Assembly: GCF_964355755.1 (NCBI RefSeq)
Contig: NC_092671.1
Coordinates: forward strand, 35,288,304-35,352,303
Reading direction: 5' to 3'
From: Antedon mediterranea
Lineage: Eukaryota > Animalia > Echinodermata
DNA: 64,000 nt
The position numbers and the translations under genes were made by a program. Shown here one piece after another: positions 40,001 to 50,345 of this stretch. Within the stretch, counting starts at the first letter, position 1. Every line of letters starts with the position of its first letter. The notes under the pieces are model-generated. The model saw only the letters and a list, made by a program, of their open reading frames with translations, was not told the DNA's origin and did no database searches.

Positions 40001-43000
40001 GACAAACGTCGAAAAGCCTTGAAATAACTACGGACTTGGAACAAGTCTAGCTACAGTAGTATATAGACTAGATTCATTATTCACACAGACTTGTACAAAT
40101 ATTATATCATATTTGTAGACCATATATTCAAAGTTGCTTTATGGCTATAAAGCAATTCAGAATAAACTAATCATTTAATTTATTTAATCAATATTTTAAA
40201 GCACAACCATTATGTTGCCATATTGATAAGATGTATAATTCGTGCGGTTTCAACAACAGATGCAGACAACAAAAATAACAATTTGAAAGTATAATACAAT
40301 AAAAAAAACATAAATTACATTGGATCACAATATTATAATGTTTAATATTTGTTTTAGGGACCATGTCAAAATTATTTTACTGCTGAGTTTACTGCAGTAA
40401 CTACAATTTGTTTACAGCACTTTTTAACTGGTTTAGGTACTTATTCAAATAAACATCCCCCTTGAATATACACCCCCCCCCCCCTCCCTCCCAATAGAGC
40501 CTTTATTTATTTCTCTGCCACATGCACATATACAGTACACAATATTGTATTACAACTAATATAACACATTTCTATTTGTAGTAGAATTCATTGATTGACA
40601 TGATCTAAAATTTACCAAGCATTTTGATACAATTTTCACTGTATTTTATCACTTCTCGATATTACTTGTGTTGTATTTTTTCATATCTAGGGGTATTTAT
40701 TTGATTATGCATGTTGTTACCATATTATACCCCATCCCAAAAAAAGCCACCCCAAAATAAACATCTCCTTAATAACGCTCCTGAAAAATAAATGCCCCAG
40801 GAAATACGATAATAAATTATTTAGCAAGCCTATTCTGTATATTCATATTTTGTTGGGCGTGGCACAGCTAATCAGGAAGAAGATGTTGGCCTATTTTCCT
40901 AATCCTTGGCGCAATGAAGCTAATTGCTGTTTTCTGTACGTTGGTATAATGTGGTGTTATGATAAAATTCCCCTACATAAGATTTCTCCCGATTATACAG
41001 TGTGTGATTAGGCTAATTTCACTACAACTTGATGAATGTAAGTTTGGTGTAATGGTTTGGACCTATACATTTATAGGTCCATGGTTATATATCCAACCTT
41101 ACACAGTTGAGGTCCCTGATTCATCATCTTTAGTATTTTTATTATTATTTTTTATTATTAATAATGTTACATATTTTAATTTTTCTACTATGAACCCAAT
41201 TTTACGTTAGGATGTTACTCAGCATTGGTTCGCATGCTTTTGAAAATTGTATATCTTTTAACACTAGCAGGTCTGAAAATAATTATCAAAGATTGTCTGG
41301 ATTGCCTCCAAAATTTAATGGAATGGTCCACGACCACATATCTATCTGTAATTTCAATTTAGTAAAGATCTGGCAATAAATTTTTGGGTAATCCTGCAAA
41401 CAAACACCCACCCACACACGCGACATAACCTCTTGTCAGAGGTAATAAAATACACATTGTTTACTGTTGTTAATGATTCTACCACATTAAAATAAAACTT
41501 GAATTAAAACTATGTACTGTTATAGAGATGTTGATACGGTCCCTTATGTATAGACAATGAAAACTGCAACGGTTGAAATAATTTTAAAAAAAGGCTGTAT
41601 TGTATTTTTAATGTAATCTTTTTCTCCCTGTTCTTTGTCATTTATTTTGTTGTCTAATGTTTTGTCATTGGCTAACAATAGGTTGTTGTAGTACTATACA
41701 AAAAAATGTTTATGAGTGCAGTGAATAGGATATTTCCATAAAGAATGAAACGAAGGATGGATTGGTCTATGCATTAGATATTAATATCTCTATGGTCGAT
41801 TTTACAAAATATTCATCATTTGTTGTTATTGAGAATTCTCATTGTAATAATATGTTATGTAATTGTAATTAAAAAAATGTTGGATTATTTGATTAGTATT
41901 TTATTATTGAATTTTAAAATTAAATAAAATACTGATAATTGTGATAAACAAACATAGTTATAATACTGTAAGGCATTATGAATTATAAAATACTAAAAGA
42001 ATGAAGTACCCACCCCTAGTTATTTTCTGATTGTTTATTATCTTTTTTTCTCTTCTCAACCCCACTCTAGAAACCTTCCCAGTACAAATTCTGGTCATTT
42101 TTATACATCATTATTCCACTGAACCTCAATTGAGGTGTATGATTGTGTGCAGTCTTTCATTTTTTAAATTGTATGTTTATGCAAGGCAATCTACCAACAG
42201 GAGGCTGAGCTCCGCAGATCAAAGTGTTTATCTGTGGCTGCAACAAGATCAGTTCCACTCCCATTTCAGACACCATGCACTGCAGAGAGTACATACAGTA
42301 GTACAGTACTGTGGGTATTTGTTGCAGCCAGACATAAGATAAAAAGACTGTTACAAGTTCCTATCTTGGCAAGTCAAGCTCAGTGTGCTGTTGTTAGATT
42401 GCCTTGGTTTATGTAAATCATGCGAATCATAAAAGTAAAAAAAAAAAATATTAAGCGTGGTTCCCACTAGCGACGCAACACAAGGACGTAACGCAACGCA
42501 AGTGAATTGACCAATCACAAGCGATGGCTTATTCGCTTGTGATTGCTAACTGTCTATAACTTCGCTTGTCATTGGTTAAAACGCTTGCTTTGCGTTTACG
42601 TCCTTGCGTTACCTTCTAGTGGGAACCAAGCTTTAAAGTCTATTATTTTTATTGACAAGATGGTCTAGATTTGATTACTAATCATAATTCTAATTTGTAT
42701 GTAGGCCTACTGAAAGTAAACAAGATAAACGTCAGAGAACAAACTTGGTTTAGCCGTGGGTGGTAGGTATAGTTAAAAATCTTGTCTTATTGCACAATAT
42801 TTACAGCCCAACAGCATCAAATTGACTTTTTAACAGGATCTACTGTACATATGGTGGGCGGAGGGGGCTGAATCCCATAGGCTAAATTTCCTGCACCCCA
42901 GTACAAGGTTCAATTTAAATGGTTTTATATTTCACCGATTAGTAGTACAGTACACAGTAGTGTAGTATAATTTGACCTCTTTGTGAACTATGACATGTTG

Positions 43001-45826
43001 ACATTCAGGATGGCCGCCCTTACAGAGCACTGGTGTTAATGTGAGGCAATAAAAAGATATTTAATGGATTAACATTAAGGGAATATAATTTAATTAAAAC
43101 CATTTTCTAATAATAATTTAAAATATAATATAAAAACTTAAGATAAAAATATTAAAGTTAGGCGTAGCAAATGAAGCCTTTTTATTTGGAGACTTTATGA
43201 AAATGAGCACAGTTGTAAATTAAAATGCATTCTTGTTGTAGCCAGAAAGACATCAATGGCGATATTTGTGAAAAATCTAATTCTGATCTAGATAATATTA
43301 TGCAAGTCTGAATACAGATCAATGACATATGTGGCTTAAATCAAACACACAATGAAGTACAGTATTTCTAAATTGGCAAATTGCGCCAGCTGCATGTGAA
43401 GTTTAAAGGGGGATTCTGGGTTTAAAATTGCTTTTAAATATCGTTTATTTATTAAATAAAAAATATTATAACAATATAGACATGTCAGAATGAAGAAGTA
43501 ATAACGAGAAATTAAAAAAATTAAATTTCATATACATTTTAGGGTAAATTCATGGAAAGTCTGTTTTTCAGCAGCTTAGGGAAGCTCATTAATATTCATG
43601 AGATATTCACAAAATCACGTCACCAGTGGATTCCAAACTCGCGACGTCATGTACGTTGTCTTTGTCAACTAATTTACATCTCTCTCCCCTGTCAAACGAC
43701 GACCACCCGATCATTGTGAAATACATTTTTTGAGATTTTCTAAGCTAGGCCTAAAGTGTAATAATAACAATAGTAGCATATATTTATTTGACATTTAATG
43801 AAATACAAAATTTAGTACAGATTACGGAGTCATAAATTATACTATTTTTATACCTCTATAGTACAGATCGTATTATCGGCTTCACGTACAATACTACTCG
43901 AGGCCTAGCCTAATGGGCGAGAGCCATTTTGACTAGGGATTCCATGCCACGATGGCTACGTTAAAACAGTGGGGCCCATAGCCCTAGCTAGCCTACTACT
44001 AGACGATTGGCCCATAAATAACAAAACCCATCCTATCAACCAAACTCATAAACAATCTAAACCTAAAACGTTCTACAAAATCGGCTGTAAATATTGAAGC
44101 AAAACAAGGTCCAATCGCCGTCCACACGTATGGTGTCCCGATCGTCTAAAATAAAATAGGCTTAGTTTACTCTCCAAAAAAGCGGATACTCATGCATCAA
44201 GCAAGTAGACCAGGTAGTAGGAAGGAGACCTAGCCGATCCGGCCCAGTTAAAAATTGAGCTAGCTAGTGTAGTAGACCCTATGCGAATTGATACTACCAG
44301 GCCTTTTACTATAGGCTGCACTACACAAATATTCCAACTCTCTCATTCGAGCTATATTATCTATACCATTCCGGTAGGTCGAGTCGACCTTCAATCAAAT
44401 ACTGTATATCGTTCATGTTGTGATTATAGACGGGGTATACTCGACCCGACCAGTTTGGTATTGTTGTATCTGCTTATCACGTGACGATGCCAGGCATGGG
44501 CAGTAGAGAGAGCACGTGTATCGTCGTCTCGCTCGATCCGATCCTCAGCAGGAATGTACAGTATACGTTACGCTTCATTGATTTTGATTTTTCCCTAAGT
44601 CGGTGCGAAAATCGGCAAACGTAAAGTGCAAACATATCTAATTTTTCACTATTTTGATGAATTTTCATAAAAAATTGACTTTATAAATGGGAAGACCGAC
44701 TACAATTACATCAGATAAGTATAATTTTACAAAAGTAATTGATATGGTTAATGATAACGAGTCGTCGGAAGACGGACCATTTCACGAATTTCCTATTTTG
44801 TAACCACAGTGTGATTTTGCCGTAGCTGCACTTGTAATCTGGCCTGATTTCACAGCCTTCGTTCTGCTTCACTGGGCGCTTATATAAATTGAAACTTTTA
44901 CCGTTCAAGAGACAAACAAATATATTTTACATTTTTTACTATTCATTTTAAACCCGGAACTCCCCTTTAAAATAGACACAAGGAGCATGCAAATCAAACT
45001 AACAGTAATGGTACTGATATGAATCCTGGATATACATTAAGAACCCTGGATATACATTAAGAACCCTGGATATACATTAAGAGCCCTGGGTGTACATTAT
45101 GGACCCTGGGTGTACATTATGGACCCTGGGTATACATTATGGACCCTGGATATACACTATGGACCCTGGATGTACACTATGGACCCTGGATGTACACTAT
45201 GGACCCTGGATGTACACTATGGACCCTGGATATACACTATGGACCCTGGATATACACTATGGACCCTGGATATACACTATGGACCATGGATGTACACTAT
45301 GGACCCTAGTTGACACTATGGACCCTGGAAATGGACACCATAGATCTTAGACTACTAGGAAGTACACTATAGACGCTGGATGTACATTACAGATAGTGGA
45401 TCATTATGGACACTGGAAACTAAAAGTTTTTAATTTATATTTACCTTGATGTATTGTAGCCGTGTTGACCTCTACTAAATATTACTGAAAAATAAGAAGA
45501 AAGAGAAATAGCTTAATTTACGATGTCAAAGAATACCTAATTTTAACTGCATCCTGATTAATACATACATTCTTTCAATCTACTGTACAATCAAATTGTA
45601 ATAATACTTTTATGCAGAAAAAAATTCATAGTTTACCTGTTGTTTCTGATTCGATAGGTCCAAATGAAGCATACTCTATCGTTTTTCTTCTTGTTATGTA
45701 TTTTAATGATTTTTCATTGTTCAGCAACACTATAGAATTCCAATCCCATATTACCCACAATGTTAGACAGCACCCCATTACAAATAGCATTCCTGAATTG
45801 TATTTTCTTATAAACGGCATTATCAT
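28027..45826 (-). CDS. Sialidase/neuraminidase (GH33, NEU2/3/4-like), 541 aa, with N-terminal signal anchor
   Basis: Exons 45826-45637, 45484-45445, 37509-37339, 33877-33742, 31551-31371, 30668-30523, 29576-29382, 28593-28027; all GT-AG and phase-consistent, 1626 nt in total. Motifs: (S)RIP, FCEAR, MNP, GPGHG, four Asp boxes (SFDNGETW, SDDFGDNW, SVDGGLTF, SLDGGETW), TNE, NTR, GCQGS, YSDL, FEGG. Confidence 0.93.
28808..29258. mobile_element. Tc1/mariner (pogo/Tigger-like) MITE
   Basis: TA|CAGTAGAAC ... GTTCTACTG|TA. Confidence 0.7.
30156..30497. mobile_element. MITE
   Basis: TIR TACCCTTTCACATCTGCA / TGCAGATGTGAAAAGGGTA. Confidence 0.7.
30699..30856. mobile_element. Tigger-like mini-MITE
   Basis: TA|CAGTCAA ... 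TTGACTG|TA; internal repeat CCAATACCAGACTTT. Confidence 0.55.
30988..31202. mobile_element. Harbinger-like MITE
   Basis: Imperfect TIR of about 38 bp (TGTTCAGA..GAGTTATGCTTTTGTATCG); TTA TSD. Confidence 0.75.
31765..31948 (-). mobile_element. tRNA-derived SINE family C (second copy at about 12590-12750, +)
   Basis: TGGCCTGGTGG A box, GGTTCGAGTCC B box, shared body AATTACAACTCCACTC.CAAAGACTTGTAATAAGA. Confidence 0.7.
31969..33047. mobile_element. hAT-like element with a 5-bp TSD
   Basis: TIR CAGGCCCGTAGCCAGG / CCTGGCTACGGCCCTG; TATTT on both flanks. Confidence 0.75.
33950..34575. repeat. Minisatellite, unit of about 21 bp (ATATGATCAGTAATTGTTAAC)
   Basis: Many degenerate copies, interrupted at about 34040-34195. 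Confidence 0.9.
34912..35215 (+). mobile_element. tRNA-headed CORE-like SINE with L2-type tail
   Basis: A box TGGCGCAGTG, B box GGTTCGAATCC, CTCTCCACCCAGGTGTATAAATGGGTACC body, TGTAAAGCGCC..GCGCTATATAAAT tail and (TTA)n. Confidence 0.8.
35340..36089. mobile_element. Kolobok-like MITE (TTAA TSD); same family as 58963-59265
   Basis: TTAA|AGAT...GTCCCC and GACAATACATCT|TTAA. A remnant lies at about 23105-23350. Confidence 0.65.
36657..36890 (+). mobile_element. 5S rRNA-derived SINE (SINE3) or 5S pseudogene with LINE-like tail
   Basis: 36657-36766 matches the metazoan 5S consensus (TACGGCCATAC..GTTGAAACACCGGTTCTC..GATCACCGAAGTT..GGATGGGAGACCG..GGGTGCTGTA) with an internal deletion. It is followed by a body of about 110 bp and an ACATTT-repeat tail. 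Confidence 0.75.
37635..38629. mobile_element. MITE family A (AGCTCTGTCTACACTATCAAA TIR, Harbinger-like) with nested Tc2-like MITE
   Basis: Same TIR family at 1551-1681, 6815-6948, 7551-7686, 24836-24950, 55714-56238, 57405-57558, 62856-63125 and 63155-63295. Confidence 0.85.
37705..38534. mobile_element. TcMar-Tc2-like MITE
   Basis: Perfect TIR CCGTATATTTCGGTGTATAAGTCGCAC; TA TSD; internal GGTGCGTCTTATACAC repeats. Confidence 0.85.
38832..39170 (+). mobile_element. tRNA-headed SINE with a Deu/Nin-like central domain
   Basis: A box TGGCCGAGTGG, B box GGTTCGAG, central TTGGATGAGG..AAACCGTAGGTCC..AAAGAACC..TTACCCCGGTGT, (TAA)n tail. Other copies at 4023-4150 (+), 6215-6512 (-), 29690-29786 (+), 29885-30108 (-) and 62225-62430 (+). 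Confidence 0.8.
39292..39884 (+). mobile_element. Non-autonomous Helentron (HINE/DINE-like)
   Basis: TTATTACCTCCGCCAAGGAGGTTATG start, (GT)/GTCT microsatellite, GGTCAAGGTCA repeats, subterminal CGGAGGT, hairpin GTACTC..GAGTAC and CTAG|TT end. A reverse-oriented relative lies at about 41262-41447. Confidence 0.8.
42182..42407. mobile_element. Hairpin MITE family E (second copy at 56638-57058)
   Basis: TIR AAGGCAATCTA.CAACAG / CTGTTGTTAGATTGCCTT; the internal sequence is homologous between the two copies. Confidence 0.65.
42454..42632. mobile_element. Harbinger-like MITE family D (near-identical copy at 56752-56930)
   Basis: TIR AGCGTGGTTCCCACTAG / CTAGTGGGAACCAAGCT; TTA TSD. Confidence 0.85.
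43407..44966. mobile_element. Kolobok-like non-autonomous element, 1.56 kb
   Basis: TTAA|AGGGGGATTCTGGGTTTAAAAT ... ATTTTAAACCCGGAACTCCCCT|TTAA. Confidence 0.8.
45024..45420. repeat. Minisatellite, 20-bp unit (GGACCCTGGATRTACACTAT)
   Basis: Direct tandem copies in the sialidase intron immediately after the 40-bp exon. Confidence 0.95.
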
Positions 45827-47174
45827 TGTTGTAATTAAAAAATAATACTATTAAAAATATTTTTCTTTGCAGATACTCTCATAGATGGTATGTGTCACAG
45901 GCATCCATTGCCATACAGTATAACATAACTGATGTTTACATTGCTTTAAAGCTGAAATATACAAACATTTTATTCTGTAAGAAGAGAGTGTGAATTTGGT
46001 TAGCAACTTTTTTAGTAAGGAAGAAAAATATTATATTTTGTTATTAAGTCAGACTTTAGTTATTTTCAGATATTCTTGACATATTCTTTCAGATTGAAAG
46101 TTGCTTTATGTTTGGTGTCAATACAAACAGTAATGAAATACCTACTGGCCTTGACCAACACTATACACTGTGAGAATAGCTCACATATTTTCAGCGTTTC
46201 GCCATTATATTTTAAACTCTTTATTTACCATACCTAGATGTTTGTTCTATTCAAGTTTAAAGGGCAGGAGGCCTGATTTTCTTAGTGTATAGCGAATATA
46301 GTGTTGCTTCGCTGGCGGAACTGTAACTAGGTAGTAGGCCTACAGCAAAGATTGTGCAAAAAAAAACCAGCTAGGCCTAATTGCAAAAAAAGCCAGTAGT
46401 ATCTACTTCTACTAGCCCTACACTATAACTACTAATCTACTACTGTTACGTCGTCTATTGAATACTACACTTCTAATAATAATAGTAGCTAGGACCGCGC
46501 CTCCTAACTAAGCGTGGTGGTAACGACTAACTAGCTAGGCCTGGCCTAGCAGGCCCTCACCTACTACTAGTACTAGCTTGGCTAGTACTAAGTAGTATTA
46601 GCTAGGGCCAGGCCTAGGCTAGTACTAAGCAGAAGTACCACTGCCAGCCTACCTACACTGTACTACTAGCTAGGCCTACTCTAGACCTCGACATTCACAT
46701 AAACAAAAGGAGAGGAGGCAACTATTACGAGCATTAAGCTCACAGCCTCTTTTAATCACTAAAGGTAAGACCAGCCTAGAACTTCTTTTTACAGAGGCCT
46801 ACCCTAGGCCTAGTTCTAACTAACTAAGCAAGCCCAAGGCCTTGCCCTTGTTGCTACTGCGCGGTACCATCCACTACCGTACCATCATACTATTAGTAGG
46901 CCTAGGCCTATATAGCCATCATTTTAATTATAAGCAAGAAGGCCTATCTACAACATACTTACGTTTATGGGCTACCTATATAACATTAAAGAAGCCTATG
47001 ACTGTACAATTCATTTTACTTACACCAATATCTTTACTCTGCTGTTATAGGCCTAGGAAGCCTAGGCTAGCTATGTTCTTTACTTTGCTTTAATAAAACA
47101 TTTATTACACGTTTTGATTTTTCAGTTTGTTTGACGTGTGTAAAAAATTAATGAAGTATGACGCCCTCTATAAT

Positions 47175-47690
47175 TTTATTTATTTATTTATTTTATTTTA
47201 TTCAATTTTCAGGCACAAAAATACATGACAAAAAGACAGCGGTGCATAATAATACATTACACAAAAAAAAGATGAAGGAGAGAGGACCAAAACTTTTATC
47301 TATTGGTATATAATGCCTCTCTCCATTTGTAGTACATTTGAATCAATCAACAAATATTTATATATACAAATTAACATTCCGTTTTCGCTTTTCATGATTC
47401 TTGTAAGAAATCGGTAAGTCGAAATCCTTAAATATTCATAAAATGATGGAATATTGCTTTCCACAAACAAATTCCTCGCACAAATCTGGGTTGTCCCAAC
47501 AACCTCCGGAAAGCATCATTATAACAAACTTTAAGTCGGTTGATATCTTTTTTTTAAATGATTAGACCATAAATGAGAACAGTACATGTTAATACAATAT
47601 GATCTAAACAAAAAACATTTGATTGATTTGGAGCAGTATGAAAATTTCCGATAGAGATCTATATTGGCGTTTTATATCTGCCTCTTTTAA
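47175..47690 (-). mobile_element. LINE ORF2 3' fragment (L2/Daphne/Crack-like), degenerate
   Basis: Minus-strand translation contains RKFSYCSKSIKCFLFRSYCINMYCSHLW; A-rich tail at about 47175-47200. Confidence 0.55.
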
Positions 47691-48959
47691 AAGAGTTAAA
47701 ATATGGCCTAAGTAGGGCCTACGTAAAATTATTAACATACTCCAGCGCCTTATCACCCAATAGGCCTACTGTTTTAGGAGCCCCATAGATTACGAATAGT
47801 GGGACAAAAACAGCATAGGCCTACAGTTAGACTTTTTATTACATAATACTACCCCCGCCTCTCTCAATTGGAAAGGGGAGTTTTACTTTATGTATAAATC
47901 TATAAATAAAACGCAAAAATCATTATTGATATATTATATAATTATTTTGGCGTTTTCTGTTTTTGAAAGTTTTAATTATTGACTGGACCTCTACTGGGAT
48001 ACTGTACTAGCCTAGCCTTATTAGGAAGCTACAGTAGGCTACAAGAAAACTCTCCCATTTTAGTCCATTATATAAATTTAAATTAAGTCACCATTAGGCC
48101 TATATATAATGATGTGTTGGTGTTTTGGTATTATTTTTAAAATAACAAAAATAATTCATAAAGTTATTGATATGCTGATGATTTAGCGTTTTGGTTTTGA
48201 CTTTCATTAGGCAAGCGTACTCATTGTTGACGATTTATCCAACGCTTTTTCATAAAAGGTAACGCGTTATAAAATCTTCTGTATGGTCACGTGTTTTTCG
48301 TCGAGAGGAGAGATTGTAAGCGGATACCACGCGGTTCGTACATTAGTACGGTATGTACTCCAAATTAAGACTATTGCCTTTTCATGTTCATTTAATTAAT
48401 TAACTGATATTTGCGCACTTTGTAGATATTGAAACGCCGCTTTCTACGGGTAGGCATACCTACCGTGTCGTCGTCTGGCTGGTGGGCTGGGTCACGAACT
48501 CAAGGAAGAAGTAAATAAAAAGGACTCGTAAATCGTATCAGCAGTTCAATTTATGTGTATTTAAAGGCTAGGTGCGGGCAAAAAAAAGTTCAAGTATAAT
48601 TTTTTACACGATTAAAAAAAGCACTGTCGGTGAGGCTGGGGGTTAAATTCACATCAATATCCTTTTTAACGTTGTGAAGACAGAGCGCTGGATTAAAAAA
48701 AAAAGATGTAAAAAAGCATATATGCCTGTAAAATGTGTAATGTACAGTAGTAGTAGGCCTACAGTAACTAACTAAAAAAAGTTTGATTTTATATTAGAAT
48801 TGCCAATCCTGCATTTGACAATTGTAAGAGAGCACATGTTTTTTCGTAAACAACAACTCAATAGCTGCTTCAAAATAAATAATTAGAAAAATGTTTTGGT
48901 AGCCTATTTTATAGCATCACAAATCTCTTTTATAGTTACAGACAGGTTTCTATCTGAAG

Positions 48960-49568
48960 ATGATTTCCATGTCAGTGTTTCTAAGTCGTGGTCGTTACAA
49001 GTGGAAAACGTTGCATACTACACTGATAAGAATGTCTTCTTCATCTCAGAAACAATCTTTATTGGAGAGATCAAATTTTAAGTATTTTCTACCAATACAA
49101 AGTCGTTGGGCGGACAATGATCAATATGGCCATGTTAACAATATCAAATACTATTCTTACTTTGATACAGTAATTAATCACTATCTTATCAAACACTGCA
49201 AACTTAATACAAATCTGAAGACAACAGATTTGATTGGTTTAATGGTTGAGACAGAATGTTCATTCCACCGTCCTCTCAGCTTTCCTGAAGTGGTCTTATC
49301 AGGACTGAGCGTCACTAAAATTGGCAACTCTAGTGTGCACTACAAGATTGGATTGTTCGCAGAAACAGACGATTCTCAAAGAATGCTTTCAGGGGGCAGT
49401 TTCAACGAGGAAGATTTTTCTAGTCATAAACGAGAGGCATGCGCAGTTGGAAAGTGTATCCACGTGTTTGTAAACCCAAAGAAAAACAATGAATCTGTGC
49501 CTATACCAAATGAAATGAGAATTCCATTAGAAAAATTGTTAATTGACAATTATGTTAGTAAATTATAG
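48960..49568 (+). CDS. Hotdog-fold acyl-CoA thioesterase (4HBT/YbgC-like), single-exon CDS
   Basis: 202-aa ORF with RWADNDQYGHVNNIKYYSYFD, ETECSFHRPLSFPE, KIGNSSV and HVFV...SVPIP motifs. Acceptor-like TTTTATAG at about 48934. The protein ends in SKL. Confidence 0.9.
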   Translation: MISMSVFLSRGRYKWKTLHTTLIRMSSSSQKQSLLERSNFKYFLPIQSRWADNDQYGHVNNIKYYSYFDTVINHYLIKHCKLNTNLKTTDLIGLMVETECSFHRPLSFPEVVLSGLSVTKIGNSSVHYKIGLFAETDDSQRMLSGGSFNEEDFSSHKREACAVGKCIHVFVNPKKNNESVPIPNEMRIPLEKLLIDNYVSKL

Positions 49569-50159
49569 GATGGCCTAGATATTCGATAATTAAATAATGA
49601 ATTTAGACTTTAAGCGCATAATGCATAAAGCCTCTATGCGCTTCACATAAAAATAAAAGTAGGCCTAATCCATGAAATAAATAACATAAACAAATTGTGT
49701 TCATTCTTTAAATGTTATTACTAGTGTTTTTTTTGTGTGTTTCGATATTTAGCTGCTATTATATTATTATAAACACTTACTTCAAAATGGATTACATTTA
49801 CATAAAATAAACACACAACATGTGTAGGCCTATACACATTCTGCTTTTTTGGCGGCGGTCCATCTAAATTGGCCGCTACGATCCGTTCGTGAACTACAAA
49901 TACAATACAAAAATCACAATGCAATAATAGCATAGGCGTTTAAATTTTTTATATATTCTGTATATTTTATATTCATTTTTAAATTGTATTTTACAGGGGT
50001 TGCGGACACAAATGTGTTATGGCGCTCTGTTGCTGTCGCAACCCCTGGACCGCTTGTTGTCGAATAAAGAAATGAAATGAAATGAAAAAGTCGATTCAGG
50101 AAAATGTGGTATCAGCAAATCAGGAGGTTTGTATTATAGAGACTCCATTTGTCTATTCC

Positions 50160-50345
50160 ATTCTATTCAGGTTTTATATGGCGCCCTACAAAGAACAGAG
50201 CGCCTAACAATACTTAGTAATTATTTAAAAAGAAAAGTTTTAAGTTGACGTTTAAATAGAAGTGCCGAATTTGCTCCTCTCAAATCGACAAGTAGCGCGT
50301 TCCAAATCCGCGGAGCGGCGACAGAAAAAGCATTGTCACCATGCT
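50160..50345 (-). mobile_element. L2-type LINE 3' end
   Basis: AFSVAAPRIWNAL...FKRQLKTFLF C-terminal ORF2 motif, then a GGCGCT..GGCGCCATATAA tail. Confidence 0.7.

Noticed and set aside
45090-45350. Repetitive ORFs (MDPGCTLWTLDVHYGPW)n
   Set aside because: By-product of a 20-bp minisatellite in a sialidase intron; no splice or start context.
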